Shown: positions 52,148 through 61,461 of the stretch, piece after piece
Layout: every line of letters begins with the position of its first letter
Position numbering within the stretch: position 1 is the first letter of the stretch
NCBI GenBank assembly: GCA_052148295.1
Contig: JBKQIP010000174.1
Location: forward strand, 16,256-80,255
Reading direction: 5' to 3'
Source of the DNA: Acidimicrobiales bacterium
Lineage (GTDB): Bacteria > Actinomycetota > Acidimicrobiia > Acidimicrobiales > RAAP-2
Length of the DNA: 64,000 bases
Position numbers and translations under genes: made by a program
Notes under the pieces: model-generated
The model's database searches: none
The model's input: the letters and a program-made list of their open reading frames with translations, nothing else
Told to the model about the DNA's origin: nothing

Positions 52148-54004
52148 TCAGGGGGCGGCCGCCTCGGCCTCGATGAGGCGGGACACGGCTTCGATCAGGG
52201 CGAGGTGGGTGAAGGCCTGGGGGAAATTCCCGAGGTGCTCACCGGTGGCGGCGTCGATCTCCTCGGCGTAGAGCTGCATGGGGCTGGCGAAGGAGAGCAG
52301 CTTCTTGCACAGGGCCCGGGCGCGGTCGAGCTCCCCGATCATGGCCAGCGCGGTGACCAGCCAGAAGGAGCAGATGGTGAACGTGCCCTCCTTGCCCGCG
52401 AACCCCGTGTCGGTGGTGTCCACCTTGTAGCGCAGCACCAGGTCGTCCTCGGTCAGCTCGTCGGCGATGGCCAGCACCGTGGTGCGCACCCGCTCGTCGT
52501 CGGGAGGCAGGAAGCCGAGGATGGGGATGAGGAGCAGCGAGGCGTCGAGCTCGTCGTTGCCGTAGTGCTGGCGGAAGCGGCCCCGCTCGTCCACGCCCTT
52601 GTCCAGTATGTCCGCCTGGCACGCGTCGGCCGCCTGCTGCCATTTCTCGGCCCGCTCGTCGTGACCGCGCTGGGCGGCCATGTCGGCCCCGCGGGCCATG
52701 GCCACCCAGCACAGCACCTTGGACGCCGTGAAGTGCTCCGGGTCGCCCCGGATCTCCCAGATGCCCTGGTCGGGATCGTCCTGGTGGGCGATGGCGGCTT
52801 CGACCAGGGTGGCCAGCCCCTCCCACACCGGCGGCGCGATCTGCGCGGCGCCTTGGTGCAGATGGGTGTCCACCGCGTCGAGGAGCATGCCCCACACGTC
52901 GTTCTGGTGCTGGTTCCACGCCCCGTTGCCCACCCGCACCGGGGAGGCCCCGTCGTAGCCGCTGAGATGGTCGAGCGTGTGCTCGGTCAGGTCGCTCTCG
53001 CCGCCGATGCCGTACATGATCTGGAGCTCCCAGTCCCCGCTGGGCCTGGGCCCGCCGACCGATTCGAGAACGAAGGCGAAGTACTCGAGCGCCTCCCACT
53101 CGAAGCCCAGGCGATAGAGCGAGCGGAGCATGAAGGCGGAGTCGCGGATCCAGGTGTAGCGGTAGTCCCAGTTGCGGGCGCCGCCCGGCGTCTCGGGCAA
53201 CGAGGTGGTCGACGCCGCCATGATCGCCCCCGTCGGCGCGTAGCTGAGCCCCTTGAGGGTGAGCGCGCTGCGCTCGAGGTAGGAGCGCCACGGGTGGTCC
53301 GGGAACGTGCCGGCACTGAGCCAGTCCCGCCAGAAGGCCACGGTGGTGGCGAGCTGGCCGACGGCCTCGTCCTGGGTGGTCGGACCGCTCCCGTTCCACG
53401 ACAGGGCCACGAAGGCGGACTCACCCGCCGCCAGGGTGGTGCGCCCGTAGCAGCGGGCACCCGCCGTGCCCAGCATCATGGAGCTGGTCACGGTCAGGGC
53501 CGGGCCCTCCTCCGGCGGGCGGGCGCTCATCGACTGGTACTCGGCCTGGTCGTACTCCCAGGTCACCATGGTGGTGCCGTAGTCGAGGAGGGGCACGCAG
53601 TTGGCGACGATCTCGACCTTCCCGCCGATGCAGGTGGCCAGGCGCACCAGGGATCGCACCGCCGCCGCATCGCCGGGCGGCCGCCGGTACTCGGGGCGCC
53701 GGGCGCCGTGGGGGACCGGCCCGATGGAGAGGAAGTCCTGCACGAGCAGCCATCCGGTGGGGGTGTGCCACGTGCTCTCGAGCACCATCGTCCCGGGGAG
53801 GTACCGGCGCTGGTGCGGGACCTGGGTGTTCATGGGGCCGAAGCGGAAGTCGCCGGCCCGGCGGTCGAGCAGCGCGCCGAAGATGCTCGGGGCGTCGGGC
53901 CGGGGCAGGCACATCCACTCGACGGAGCCGTCCGGCGCCACGAGGCAACTGCTCTCACAGTCGGAGAGGAACCCGTACTCCGCGATGGGTGGGAACGCGC
54001 TCAT
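52148..54004 (-). CDS. GH15 glycoside hydrolase (glucoamylase/trehalase-like)
   Basis: This is the real part of track ORF 52148..54250, from MSAFPPIAEYGFLSDCES (rc cat 54002-54004). GH15 blocks: NWDYRYTWIRDSAF, WNQHQNDVWG, IWEIRG, FTICSFWLV and FPQAFTHLALI. Confidence 0.85.
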   Translation of the reverse strand: MSAFPPIAEYGFLSDCESSCLVAPDGSVEWMCLPRPDAPSIFGALLDRRAGDFRFGPMNTQVPHQRRYLPGTMVLESTWHTPTGWLLVQDFLSIGPVPHGARRPEYRRPPGDAAAVRSLVRLATCIGGKVEIVANCVPLLDYGTTMVTWEYDQAEYQSMSARPPEEGPALTVTSSMMLGTAGARCYGRTTLAAGESAFVALSWNGSGPTTQDEAVGQLATTVAFWRDWLSAGTFPDHPWRSYLERSALTLKGLSYAPTGAIMAASTTSLPETPGGARNWDYRYTWIRDSAFMLRSLYRLGFEWEALEYFAFVLESVGGPRPSGDWELQIMYGIGGESDLTEHTLDHLSGYDGASPVRVGNGAWNQHQNDVWGMLLDAVDTHLHQGAAQIAPPVWEGLATLVEAAIAHQDDPDQGIWEIRGDPEHFTASKVLCWVAMARGADMAAQRGHDERAEKWQQAADACQADILDKGVDERGRFRQHYGNDELDASLLLIPILGFLPPDDERVRTTVLAIADELTEDDLVLRYKVDTTDTGFAGKEGTFTICSFWLVTALAMIGELDRARALCKKLLSFASPMQLYAEEIDAATGEHLGNFPQAFTHLALIEAVSRLIEAEAAAP

Positions 54005-54319
54005 GCGGCACCGGTCCCGCGGACCCGCACCGACCGGTCCCGCACCACCCGGCCGGGATCGGCATCTCTGGGCCTTCGCCCGGTCGTCCCGATCGCTCCT
54101 CCCACGGCAACGCCCTCCTTCGTGACTTCCGAGGCGGTGTCCGCGTGCCGGCCGGCGCCGGCCGCCGGCGGCCTCCGACGGGACGCCGCACCGACTCCGC
54201 AGTTCACCGTGCCCACACTGGCACGGGTTCCCTGGTGTCGCAACTCGCACGCGACGCCCCGGTGCCGGAGGCGGGCCTGCTAACGTCCCGTCGTTTCCGG
54301 GCCGACGCTGGGAGCGAAG

Positions 54320-56380
54320 ATGCGCCTACGGCAGGTGTTCAAGCTGGCCACCGAGGAGCTCCGGGCCTTCCGTGAGGCGTCGAAGGTCAGCGGAGGACGC
54401 GACGCTCTGATTGCCCGGGCGCGACACGACCTCGATCTCGAGCAGGTGGACGAGAGCCGCGTGGCGACACTCGAGTCGAGGGTGTCCGCTCTGGAGGCGA
54501 GCGCGCTGGAGGCCGGACCGCAGGTCGGTCAGCTCGACGCTCAGCTCAAGGGCACCGTCGAGGCCCTGCGCAGCCTCGATGCGGCGACGCAGGTCCGCCT
54601 GGCCGCCATCGATCGCCGGGACGGGCGGGCCGCGCTGGCGGCGCACATCGATGCGGTCACCACATGGGTCCGCCGCGCCCGGCTGACCACCAGCACCCGG
54701 GTCACGGTCGTTCTGGCCACCTACAACCGGTGCGGCCTGCTGCCCCGGGCCGTGGACTCCGTGCGGGCCCAGGAGTACCCCCACTGGGAGCTGGTCGTCG
54801 TCGACGACGGGAGCTCGGACGACACCGCGGCCTTGCTGAAGCAGCTTGCGTCGGAGGACGAGCGGATCGTGGTCGTCTCGCTGCCCCACCATGGCGTGGG
54901 CGCGGCCCGCAACGCCGGACTGTCGGCGGCCACCGGGGACATCATCTGCTACCTCGACGACGACAACCTGATGGAGCCACTCTGGTTGAAGGCCGTGGCG
55001 TGGGCATTCGGGCGCCGACCCGACCTGCAGCTCCTCTACGGCGCCAGGGTGATGGACGTCGAGGCCGATGGGGACCCCGAGGCGGACGCGCTGCCCTACC
55101 TCCAATTCGAAGCCTTCGAGCGGCACCGGCTGGAGGCGGCCAACTTCATCGACCTCGGCGTGGTGGCCCACCGGCGCGACCTCCCCGACGCGCACTTCGA
55201 CGAGTCCCTCGCTGCACTGGGGGACTGGGAGCTGATCCTCCGGATGACCGTGGACCGGCCCCCGCTGGCGCTGCCCGTGGTGGCGTCGATCTACACCACG
55301 TCGGCCCCGAGCCGGATCAGCCGGTCCGGCCACCCGGCCGTCGCCGGGGCAACCGTGCTGGCCCGCATGGCCCGGGCCCGGCCCCCGCGCGTGCTGGCCT
55401 ACAACTCGCTCTTCCCGCTGGTGCCCGAGACCTACATCCAGGACGAGATGCGGGCGCTCACCGACAACGGGGCGATGCTGGCCTGGTGCACCGATCGATG
55501 GTCCCCGTCGCCGGTGACGGTGCCCGAGCCCACCTACACCGACCTGGACACGGCGGTCGGCGACTTCGCGCCGGACGTCCTGGTGCTGTACTGGTCGACC
55601 TTCGCGCTGGGCCGCCTCGATGCCCTGTCCCGGGTGGGCAAGCCCTTCGCGCTCCGCGTGCACTCGTTCGATTTCGACCTCGAGGCCATCGAGCGCGTCC
55701 GCACCCACCCGCTGTGCATCGGGACCTGGGCCTACCCCCACCACGCGCGTCACATCGCCGGCGCCCACGACCTCGTCCCCCTGTTGACCAGCGGCTCGGA
55801 GTTCCCCGAACCCGCCGCCGAGCGGACGGTCGTGCTGGCGGCGTGCGCCGGAGTGCCGAAGAAGGACTGGCCGACACTGGTGACGGCCTTCGCCGAGCTG
55901 GCCCGGCAAGGGACTGATTGCCGCATTGTGGTGGGGGTCACCGACCAGCACGAGGAGGAGCCCGCTCGGATCCGTCGCCTGATCGAAGACAGCAAAGCAC
56001 CGGTCAAGCTGTCCGTCGACGTCCCCCACGATCAGGTGCTCGCCTTGCTGGCGCGCACGGCGGTGGTCGTCTACACCAAGGCGGCGGGCGTGCCGTTCGG
56101 CATGCCGCGTTCGATCGTCGAGGGCATGTACGCCGGCACGGCGGCGGTCCTGCCCGCGGAGCCCGAGGCACGCCTGGTGGCCGGCCCGAACTGCCGCACC
56201 TACGCGCACCCGCAGGACATCGTGCGTCACGTGGACGAGGTCCTGGCCGGTGGCCCCGAGATCGAGGCCGAGCGGCAGTGCAACCGCCACTTCGCGCAGA
56301 CGCATTTCGCCGACCCGGCGCTGGCCGCGGCCTTCGCCGCGCAGCTGGCCCGGGCCCTGGCGCAGTGGCGGGCCGGCTGA
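54320..56380 (+). CDS. Fusion glycosyltransferase: N-terminal coiled coil + GT2 domain + C-terminal GT-B (GT4-like) domain
   Basis: GT2 motifs: VTVVLATYNR, LVVVDDGSSD and YLDDDN (DxD). The C-terminal half ends with GVPFGMPRSIVEGMYAGTAAV, typical of the GT-B E-x7-E region. The first ~130 aa are heptad-like. Confidence 0.75.
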   Translation: MRLRQVFKLATEELRAFREASKVSGGRDALIARARHDLDLEQVDESRVATLESRVSALEASALEAGPQVGQLDAQLKGTVEALRSLDAATQVRLAAIDRRDGRAALAAHIDAVTTWVRRARLTTSTRVTVVLATYNRCGLLPRAVDSVRAQEYPHWELVVVDDGSSDDTAALLKQLASEDERIVVVSLPHHGVGAARNAGLSAATGDIICYLDDDNLMEPLWLKAVAWAFGRRPDLQLLYGARVMDVEADGDPEADALPYLQFEAFERHRLEAANFIDLGVVAHRRDLPDAHFDESLAALGDWELILRMTVDRPPLALPVVASIYTTSAPSRISRSGHPAVAGATVLARMARARPPRVLAYNSLFPLVPETYIQDEMRALTDNGAMLAWCTDRWSPSPVTVPEPTYTDLDTAVGDFAPDVLVLYWSTFALGRLDALSRVGKPFALRVHSFDFDLEAIERVRTHPLCIGTWAYPHHARHIAGAHDLVPLLTSGSEFPEPAAERTVVLAACAGVPKKDWPTLVTAFAELARQGTDCRIVVGVTDQHEEEPARIRRLIEDSKAPVKLSVDVPHDQVLALLARTAVVVYTKAAGVPFGMPRSIVEGMYAGTAAVLPAEPEARLVAGPNCRTYAHPQDIVRHVDEVLAGGPEIEAERQCNRHFAQTHFADPALAAAFAAQLARALAQWRAG

Positions 56381-56458
56381 ACCGGATCGGTCGCTACGCG
56401 CTCGAGGTGACCCACCCGACGACGGCTCGGGGACGTACGTGAAGCTCACCGTGAGTGG

Positions 56459-56489
56459 AACGGGGACGGGAGCGGCACCCGTCTCCGTT
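56459..56489 (+). terminator. Stem-loop (12-bp stem with one G-T pair, 7-nt loop) 79 nt downstream of the glycosyltransferase gene
   Basis: Read directly: aacggggacggg agcggca cccgtctccgtt. No U-tract follows, so it is at best an I-shaped terminator. Confidence 0.3.
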
Positions 56490-56544
56490 GACGCCTGGCC
56501 GGCGGCGTGCCACCATGCGGCCCCCGCCAACGATCGGAGTCGCC

Positions 56545-57384
56545 ATGGGCCGCCTCGAGGGACACCGCACCGTCATCACCGGCGCCGCCAGTGGGATCGG
56601 GGAGGAGACCGCCCGGCTCTTCAGCCGTGAAGGAGCCTCCGTCGTGCTGGCCGATGTCGACGACGAGCGCGGCAAGCGCATCGCCGGCGAGTGCGGGAGC
56701 CGCGCCCAGTTCGTGCACGTCGACGTCGCCGTGGAGGGCGACACCGACACCGCCGTGGCGGCGGCGGTGAGCGAGTACGGCGGGCTGGACAGCTTGTTCA
56801 ACAACGCCGGCAATCCGGGATCGGTCGGCGGGATCGAGGAGATCGACCTGGCCGTGTTCGACCGCACGGTGGCCATCCACCTGCGGGGCGTGTTCCTCGG
56901 CATACGGGCCGCCGCCCGGGTCATGCGGCCCCAGGGTCACGGCAGCATCATCAACACCTCGAGCGTGGCCGCCCTCGCCGCCAATTACGGTGGCCACGAC
57001 TACAGCGCCTGCAAGGCGGCCATCGCCCATCTGACCCGGACGGCGGCGAGCGAGCTGGGCGAGGACGGGATCAGGGTCAACGCCATCTGCCCCGGCGGTA
57101 TCGCCACGTCGATCTTCGGGCGAGCGGCCGGACTCGACAGCGAGGCCGCCCAGTCGACGGTGGACACCATGGCGGTGGCGCTGGCCGATATGGCCCCGAT
57201 CCGGCGCTCGGGACGGCCCCTCGACATCGCCGAGGCCGTGCTGTGGCTGGCCGGCGACGGTGCGTCCTTCGTCAACGGCCAGGCCATCGCAGTCGACGGC
57301 GGCCTCACCACCGGACCCCTCTTCCGCCAGTCCCACGCCCGCATCGAGGGCCTGCTCGAGATCCTGCAAGCGTCGGGGACCTGA
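56545..57384 (+). CDS. Short-chain dehydrogenase/reductase
   Basis: Track ORF 56455..57384, trimmed to MGRLEGHRTVITGAASGIG. Motifs NNAG and YSACK. Confidence 0.88.
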   Translation: MGRLEGHRTVITGAASGIGEETARLFSREGASVVLADVDDERGKRIAGECGSRAQFVHVDVAVEGDTDTAVAAAVSEYGGLDSLFNNAGNPGSVGGIEEIDLAVFDRTVAIHLRGVFLGIRAAARVMRPQGHGSIINTSSVAALAANYGGHDYSACKAAIAHLTRTAASELGEDGIRVNAICPGGIATSIFGRAAGLDSEAAQSTVDTMAVALADMAPIRRSGRPLDIAEAVLWLAGDGASFVNGQAIAVDGGLTTGPLFRQSHARIEGLLEILQASGT

Positions 57385-57454
57385 TCCGCCGGCGCCCCGA
57401 CGCCACCCCGTCCCTCACACTCTCCACATATCTGCCCGTCATCATGAGGGCACG

Positions 57455-58696
57455 ATGGCAGCGACTCCGTGCCGGTGGTCGTGGCGCCGCGCCTGGGTCG
57501 GCGCCGTCACCACGCTGGCCACCGTGGTGGTAAGCGGGGGCGCCGGCGCGTCCAGCGCGTGGGCGCAGCCGGCCACTCCCATCCCCGCCCCGTTCCAGAG
57601 CACGTACGACACGTTGCAGGGTCAGCTCACCAAACTGGCCTCGCTGGCGCCGGGCACGCGGTCCTCCCAGGAGACGACGGTGCTGTCGTCGGGCCTCGAG
57701 TCCGCCAACGGCAATGCGATGCACCCCGGTGTTCTGAGTGGTCCGGACCTGGCTGACTCCACGCTCATCGTGCAGCGGATGAAGGCCATGGGCCTGACCG
57801 GCGTCACCATTGAGGTGAGCTTCCCGCTGCTGGTCTCGAACTTTCCCGACAGCGGAGAGTACACGACGTTCTACCGGGACATCGCCGGCGTGGTGCACCG
57901 CGAGCACATGACCCTCACGGTGGAGCAGAACCCGCTGTTCGAGAACATCTCGTCCATTCCGGTGGCCTCCTATTATGCCGGGCTCACCTTCCAGAGCTAC
58001 GCGGCGGCCGACCACCAGATGGCGCAGACCATCATCGACGTCATGCACCCCCGGTACCTGTCCATCCTCACCGAGCCGGACACCTACACGGCGCTGCTGC
58101 ACCAGCCCGGCATCGATCTCAGCGTGGCCGCCAACGGCGTCCAGTTCGTCAACACCGTCATGCGCGGGCTGGCGCAGCACGGCACGCTGGTCGGTGGGGG
58201 CACCGGCAGCTGGACCGACGCCTCCTACGACCGGGCCCTGTTGGCGGGTACGCCGATCGACTTCCTCGATCTGCACGTCTACCCCATCGGGCCGGAGGAC
58301 CTCCACAACATGCAGGCGCAGGTCGCCGAGGCCAAGGCGGCGCGCAGGCCGATGATCATGAGCGAATGCTGGCTCTACACCTTGACCACCGGCGACTCCC
58401 CGGACTTCGGTGTGACGGCGGCGCCCGACGAGCAGGCCGTCATGACCTACAGCTTCTGGGAGCCGCTCGACCAGCAGTTCCTCGCCTCCATGGTGCGCTA
58501 CACCCGTGCCCACGGCTTCCTGGTCGTGTCGCCGACCTCGGTACTCAATCTCTTCGCCTACCAGCCGTACACGGCAGCACTGGGTGCGGAGTCCTCCCAG
58601 CAGGTGCGGTCGAGCTTCTACCAGACGGTCACCGCCGCGCTGGCGGCCCAGACGCTCTCTCCGCTGGGCCGGGCCTACGAGCGCCTGGCCCGGTGA
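57455..58696 (+). CDS. Secreted hypothetical protein (possible TIM-barrel glycosidase-like fold)
   Basis: This is the real part of track ORF 57260..58696, from ATG 57455. Signal peptide: WVGAVTTLATVVVSGGAGASSAWAQP. The alternating beta/alpha pattern and an MSECW block are suggestive only. Confidence 0.5.
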   Translation: MAATPCRWSWRRAWVGAVTTLATVVVSGGAGASSAWAQPATPIPAPFQSTYDTLQGQLTKLASLAPGTRSSQETTVLSSGLESANGNAMHPGVLSGPDLADSTLIVQRMKAMGLTGVTIEVSFPLLVSNFPDSGEYTTFYRDIAGVVHREHMTLTVEQNPLFENISSIPVASYYAGLTFQSYAAADHQMAQTIIDVMHPRYLSILTEPDTYTALLHQPGIDLSVAANGVQFVNTVMRGLAQHGTLVGGGTGSWTDASYDRALLAGTPIDFLDLHVYPIGPEDLHNMQAQVAEAKAARRPMIMSECWLYTLTTGDSPDFGVTAAPDEQAVMTYSFWEPLDQQFLASMVRYTRAHGFLVVSPTSVLNLFAYQPYTAALGAESSQQVRSSFYQTVTAALAAQTLSPLGRAYERLAR

Positions 58697-58753
58697 ACGG
58701 CCGGGCGTGAACCCTCGCCCAAGAGTCGCGCCGCGGTCACCCCGGACTCGGGC

Positions 58754-59347
58754 ATGGATGAGGGCCCGTCGAGACGCGGCGCCGGCGGCCATGATGGTGG
58801 CGTGGAGATCTCCGACCGCCTGGTGCCCCTGGTCGGCGCCTTCAACTTCCGAGACCTCGGCGGGTACCCCACGATGCCACCGGACGCCCAGGTGGTCCTG
58901 GCCATGCGCTACCTCTGGTACCTCGACGTCGGGCGAGAGGCCATTGTGGAGGCGCTCACCATGGCGGCGGAGCCCGACCATCATCCCCTCGTCTTCCACC
59001 GTGCGGCGGGCAAGGACCGCACCGGCGTCGTGGCCGCGCTGCTCCTGGACATCTTGGACATCGAGCGGAGCGTGATCGTCGAGGACTACGCATTCACCGC
59101 CACTCGCATGGACCTCATCCTGTCGCGGTTCGAACGTGGGCCGGATGCGGAGGCCCGCATCGCCGAGATCCCACCCTTCATGCTCCGTGCCGAGGCGGCG
59201 ACGAGGGAGACGTTCCTGCACCTGCTCGACCAGCACCACGGGGGTGCGCGCGCATGGGCCCTGGCGGCCGGCCTGCCGGCGGAGCGCCTCGAGGCGATGG
59301 CCACGCACCTGGTGACAGGAGGCAGGGAGGTCGGGCCGCCGAAATGA
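58754..59347 (+). CDS. Tyrosine-phosphatase-like protein (Y_phosphatase3 type) with Cys-to-Arg change in the P-loop and an apparent internal deletion
   Basis: The family N-terminal motif NFRDLGGYP is present. The P-loop reads FHRAAGKDRTG where the family has HC-x-AGKDRTG (Arg codon cgt at 59000-59002). Only 41 residues separate the two motifs, whereas I remember roughly 100 or more in intact members. Confidence 0.55.
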   Translation: MDEGPSRRGAGGHDGGVEISDRLVPLVGAFNFRDLGGYPTMPPDAQVVLAMRYLWYLDVGREAIVEALTMAAEPDHHPLVFHRAAGKDRTGVVAALLLDILDIERSVIVEDYAFTATRMDLILSRFERGPDAEARIAEIPPFMLRAEAATRETFLHLLDQHHGGARAWALAAGLPAERLEAMATHLVTGGREVGPPK

Positions 59348-59441
59348 CGAGCAGTGACCGGGCGCCCAGGCACGGTTGACCGCCGGGAAGCCCAAGAACT
59401 ACCACCCTGGCCTGCTGCCGCGCCATAATCTGCCGGTGGAG

Positions 59442-60083
59442 ATGACGACCGAACAGGACCGCGGAGCGGTGGCCACGGAGTACTGGGCGGGCAACGGCAC
59501 CGCCCTCCATGGTGTGCCGAGCGTGCCGGCGCAACCCCCCGAGACACAGGCGAAGGAGTTCTTCGACGCCGGTGGCGTGGTGGTTCCCGACGAACCAGTG
59601 CCCGGGACGGCTCGACGCCGATGGTGGGTGGGCGCGGTGGGTGTCGTCGTCGTCGCTGTCGTCATCGTCGCCGTCGCGGTCGGAGTGACCCACGGCACAT
59701 CCGGCAAGACGTCGTCGCACGGGGCGGCGCGGCCCAGCACGGCCAACCGGGCGAGCGCGCCGCTCCTCTCGAGCGGCGCGGTGGTGGTCCAAGTGCTCAA
59801 CGCGTCCGGGTCGGGGCACCTGGCCGGTCGGGCCGCCGTGAGCCTCAGGCGGGACGGCTTCGTCATCAGCGGTGTCCACATGGCGCCCGGCGTGCTCTCC
59901 CGCGGGCAGCCTTCGGGCATCTTCTACGGTCCGACCGGCCTCTCCGCCGCGCACACGCTGGCGCACGCACTGCAGGGTCCGGTGGCCTATGTACCGGATC
60001 ACGCCCTCACCGGCAACAATGTCTCGCTTTGGATCGCCGATCCTGGCCTGACGGTGAAGAGCGCCCGGCACCGAGCAGGGTGA
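59442..60083 (+). CDS. Membrane-anchored LytR_C (LytR cell-envelope-related C-terminal) domain protein
   Basis: TM helix WWVGAVGVVVVAVVIVAVAVGV, then VVVQVLNASGSGHLAGRAAVSLRRDGFVI, typical of LytR_C. The start is uncertain (59376 or 59442). Confidence 0.65.
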   Translation: MTTEQDRGAVATEYWAGNGTALHGVPSVPAQPPETQAKEFFDAGGVVVPDEPVPGTARRRWWVGAVGVVVVAVVIVAVAVGVTHGTSGKTSSHGAARPSTANRASAPLLSSGAVVVQVLNASGSGHLAGRAAVSLRRDGFVISGVHMAPGVLSRGQPSGIFYGPTGLSAAHTLAHALQGPVAYVPDHALTGNNVSLWIADPGLTVKSARHRAG

Positions 60084-60161
60084 ACCCGCTTCACTGAGAG
60101 CCGATCTCGGCACCCGGGCGCCGCGACCCTCTCGGGTGGCGCAGACCACCCTACGCTCGCG

Positions 60162-60635
60162 ATGATGAAGAGGTCGGCCTGTGCCCTCGTGACCGCGGTG
60201 CTGTGCGTCACGCTGGCGGGGTGCGCCACGTCGAACGACGGCGTGCCGGGCTACGTGGTGGATTCCACCGACTTTCCCGGACCCGGCCACGTGCTGGTCG
60301 ACGGAGCGGGCGACACGCTGTACGTCTACCTGCCGGACCAGCAGGGAGCCTCGCGCTGTGTGAGCGCCTGCGCCAAGGCGTGGCCGCCGCTCCTCTTGCC
60401 ACGCGGCGTCCGCCATCCCGTTGCCGGTCGCGGCGTCGATGCCGCTCTGCTCGGCGTGTCCCGGAGGCCGAACGGGTCCCGCCAGGTGACCTACGACCGG
60501 TGGCCCTTGTACCTCTACATCGAGGACGCCAGGGGACAGGCCAACGGCCAGGCCGAGGGCATGGGGGCGTGGTACCTGCTCTCCACCAGTGGCGCGGTCG
60601 ACCGGCAGCCACTGCGGGGAATCCCGGGCGGCTGA
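60162..60635 (+). CDS. Lipoprotein with two Yx(FWY)xxD-type repeats (COG4315 / Lipoprotein_15-like)
   Basis: Lipobox LTLAGCA. Blocks LVDGAGDTLYVYLPDQ...CVSACAKAWPP and VTYDRWPLYLYIED...GAWYL. Confidence 0.75.
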   Translation: MMKRSACALVTAVLCVTLAGCATSNDGVPGYVVDSTDFPGPGHVLVDGAGDTLYVYLPDQQGASRCVSACAKAWPPLLLPRGVRHPVAGRGVDAALLGVSRRPNGSRQVTYDRWPLYLYIEDARGQANGQAEGMGAWYLLSTSGAVDRQPLRGIPGG

Positions 60636-60692
60636 CGCGGGGCACCACGACAACCGAGCCTCCGGGGTGGGCCTGTGGTGTGCTACACAGCC

Positions 60693-61427
60693 ATGATCCC
60701 CCGCCACGTCGTTCTCCTCCCGTCACTCGGCCGCCCGGCCGGCGACTTCGCCGATCTGGTGCAGCGGCTCCGCGCCCGGGGCTTCACGACCCATGCCATG
60801 GAACCACCGGCATCGGTCGCCGACGGCACCACGCTGCACGGGTTGGCCACCGAGGTCGTCTCCCGCCTCGACGACGCGGCCGTGCCGCAATTTCACCTCG
60901 TCGGTCATGCCTTCGGCAACCGTCTCGCTCGAGCGGTCACCGCTGACTTCCCCGACCGGGTGGCCTCGCTCACCCTGCTCGCCGCCGGCGGTTTCGACCC
61001 CCCATCGGCGGAGGTGGCGGACTCCTTGCGCGCCTGCTTCGATGCGACGCTGCCCCACCGCGAGCGCTTGGCACAGGTGGGGCGGGCCTTCTTCGCGCCC
61101 GGCCACGATCCGTCGGTCTGGGCTTCGGGCTGGATGTTCGACGTCGCCGCCTACCAGGGTGCGGCACTGGGGGCGACGCCACGAGACGACTGGTGGGACG
61201 CCGCCGCGCCGCGGGTGCTGGTGATCCAGGGGCTCGACGACCTCGTGGCGCCCCCGCAGAACGGGCGGCGCTACGTCGGAGACCACCCCGACGTCGCCCG
61301 TCTCGTCGAGATCCGTGATGCCGGTCACGCCCTTATCGTCGAGCAGCCCGAGCGTGTCGGTGAGACGATCGTCCAGTTCCTTCTCGATGACCGGCGCGGA
61401 CAGCCCTCAGAGGGCCCGGAGAGATGA
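60693..61427 (+). CDS. Alpha/beta-hydrolase-fold protein with Ala in place of the nucleophile Ser (GHAFG)
   Basis: VVLLPSLGRPAGDF, nucleophile elbow HLVGHAFGN (Ala codon gcc at 60909-60911), C-terminal DAGHALIVEQP histidine block. An alternative GTG start lies at 60675. Confidence 0.7.
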   Translation: MIPRHVVLLPSLGRPAGDFADLVQRLRARGFTTHAMEPPASVADGTTLHGLATEVVSRLDDAAVPQFHLVGHAFGNRLARAVTADFPDRVASLTLLAAGGFDPPSAEVADSLRACFDATLPHRERLAQVGRAFFAPGHDPSVWASGWMFDVAAYQGAALGATPRDDWWDAAAPRVLVIQGLDDLVAPPQNGRRYVGDHPDVARLVEIRDAGHALIVEQPERVGETIVQFLLDDRRGQPSEGPER

Positions 61428-61452
61428 AGCAGGCGGGGGAGCTCCGTCTGCT
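61428..61452. terminator. Stem-loop (11-bp stem including two G-T pairs, 3-nt loop) between convergent genes
   Basis: Read directly: agcaggcgggg gag ctccgtctgct. It starts right after the hydrolase TGA (61425-61427) and ends 10 nt before the minus-strand stop at 61462. Confidence 0.35.
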
Positions 61453-61461
61453 CGAGAGGTG

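Noticed and set aside
54207-54226. 7-bp inverted repeat ccgtgcc-N6-ggcacgg in the GH15/GT divergent region
   Set aside because: Perfect 7-bp inverted repeats are expected many times by chance in 64 kb of ~70% GC DNA, and nothing else supports it.
51962-56530. Plus-strand 773-aa ORF (51962..54283) and minus-strand 734-aa ORF (54326..56530)
   Set aside because: They are antisense to the GH15 and glycosyltransferase genes respectively. They are Gly/Arg/Pro/Val-rich with no motifs.
57305-59395. 696-aa minus-strand ORF
   Set aside because: It is antisense to the secreted protein and phosphatase-like genes and has shadow composition.
59630-59700. Run of gtc/gtg triplets (ggtgtcgtcgtcgtcgctgtcgtcatcgtcgccgtcgcggtc) that looks like a microsatellite
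   Set aside because: It is in frame and encodes the Val/Ala-rich TM helix (VGVVVVAVVIVAVAVGV) of the LytR_C protein. This is codon-level bias, not a non-coding repeat.
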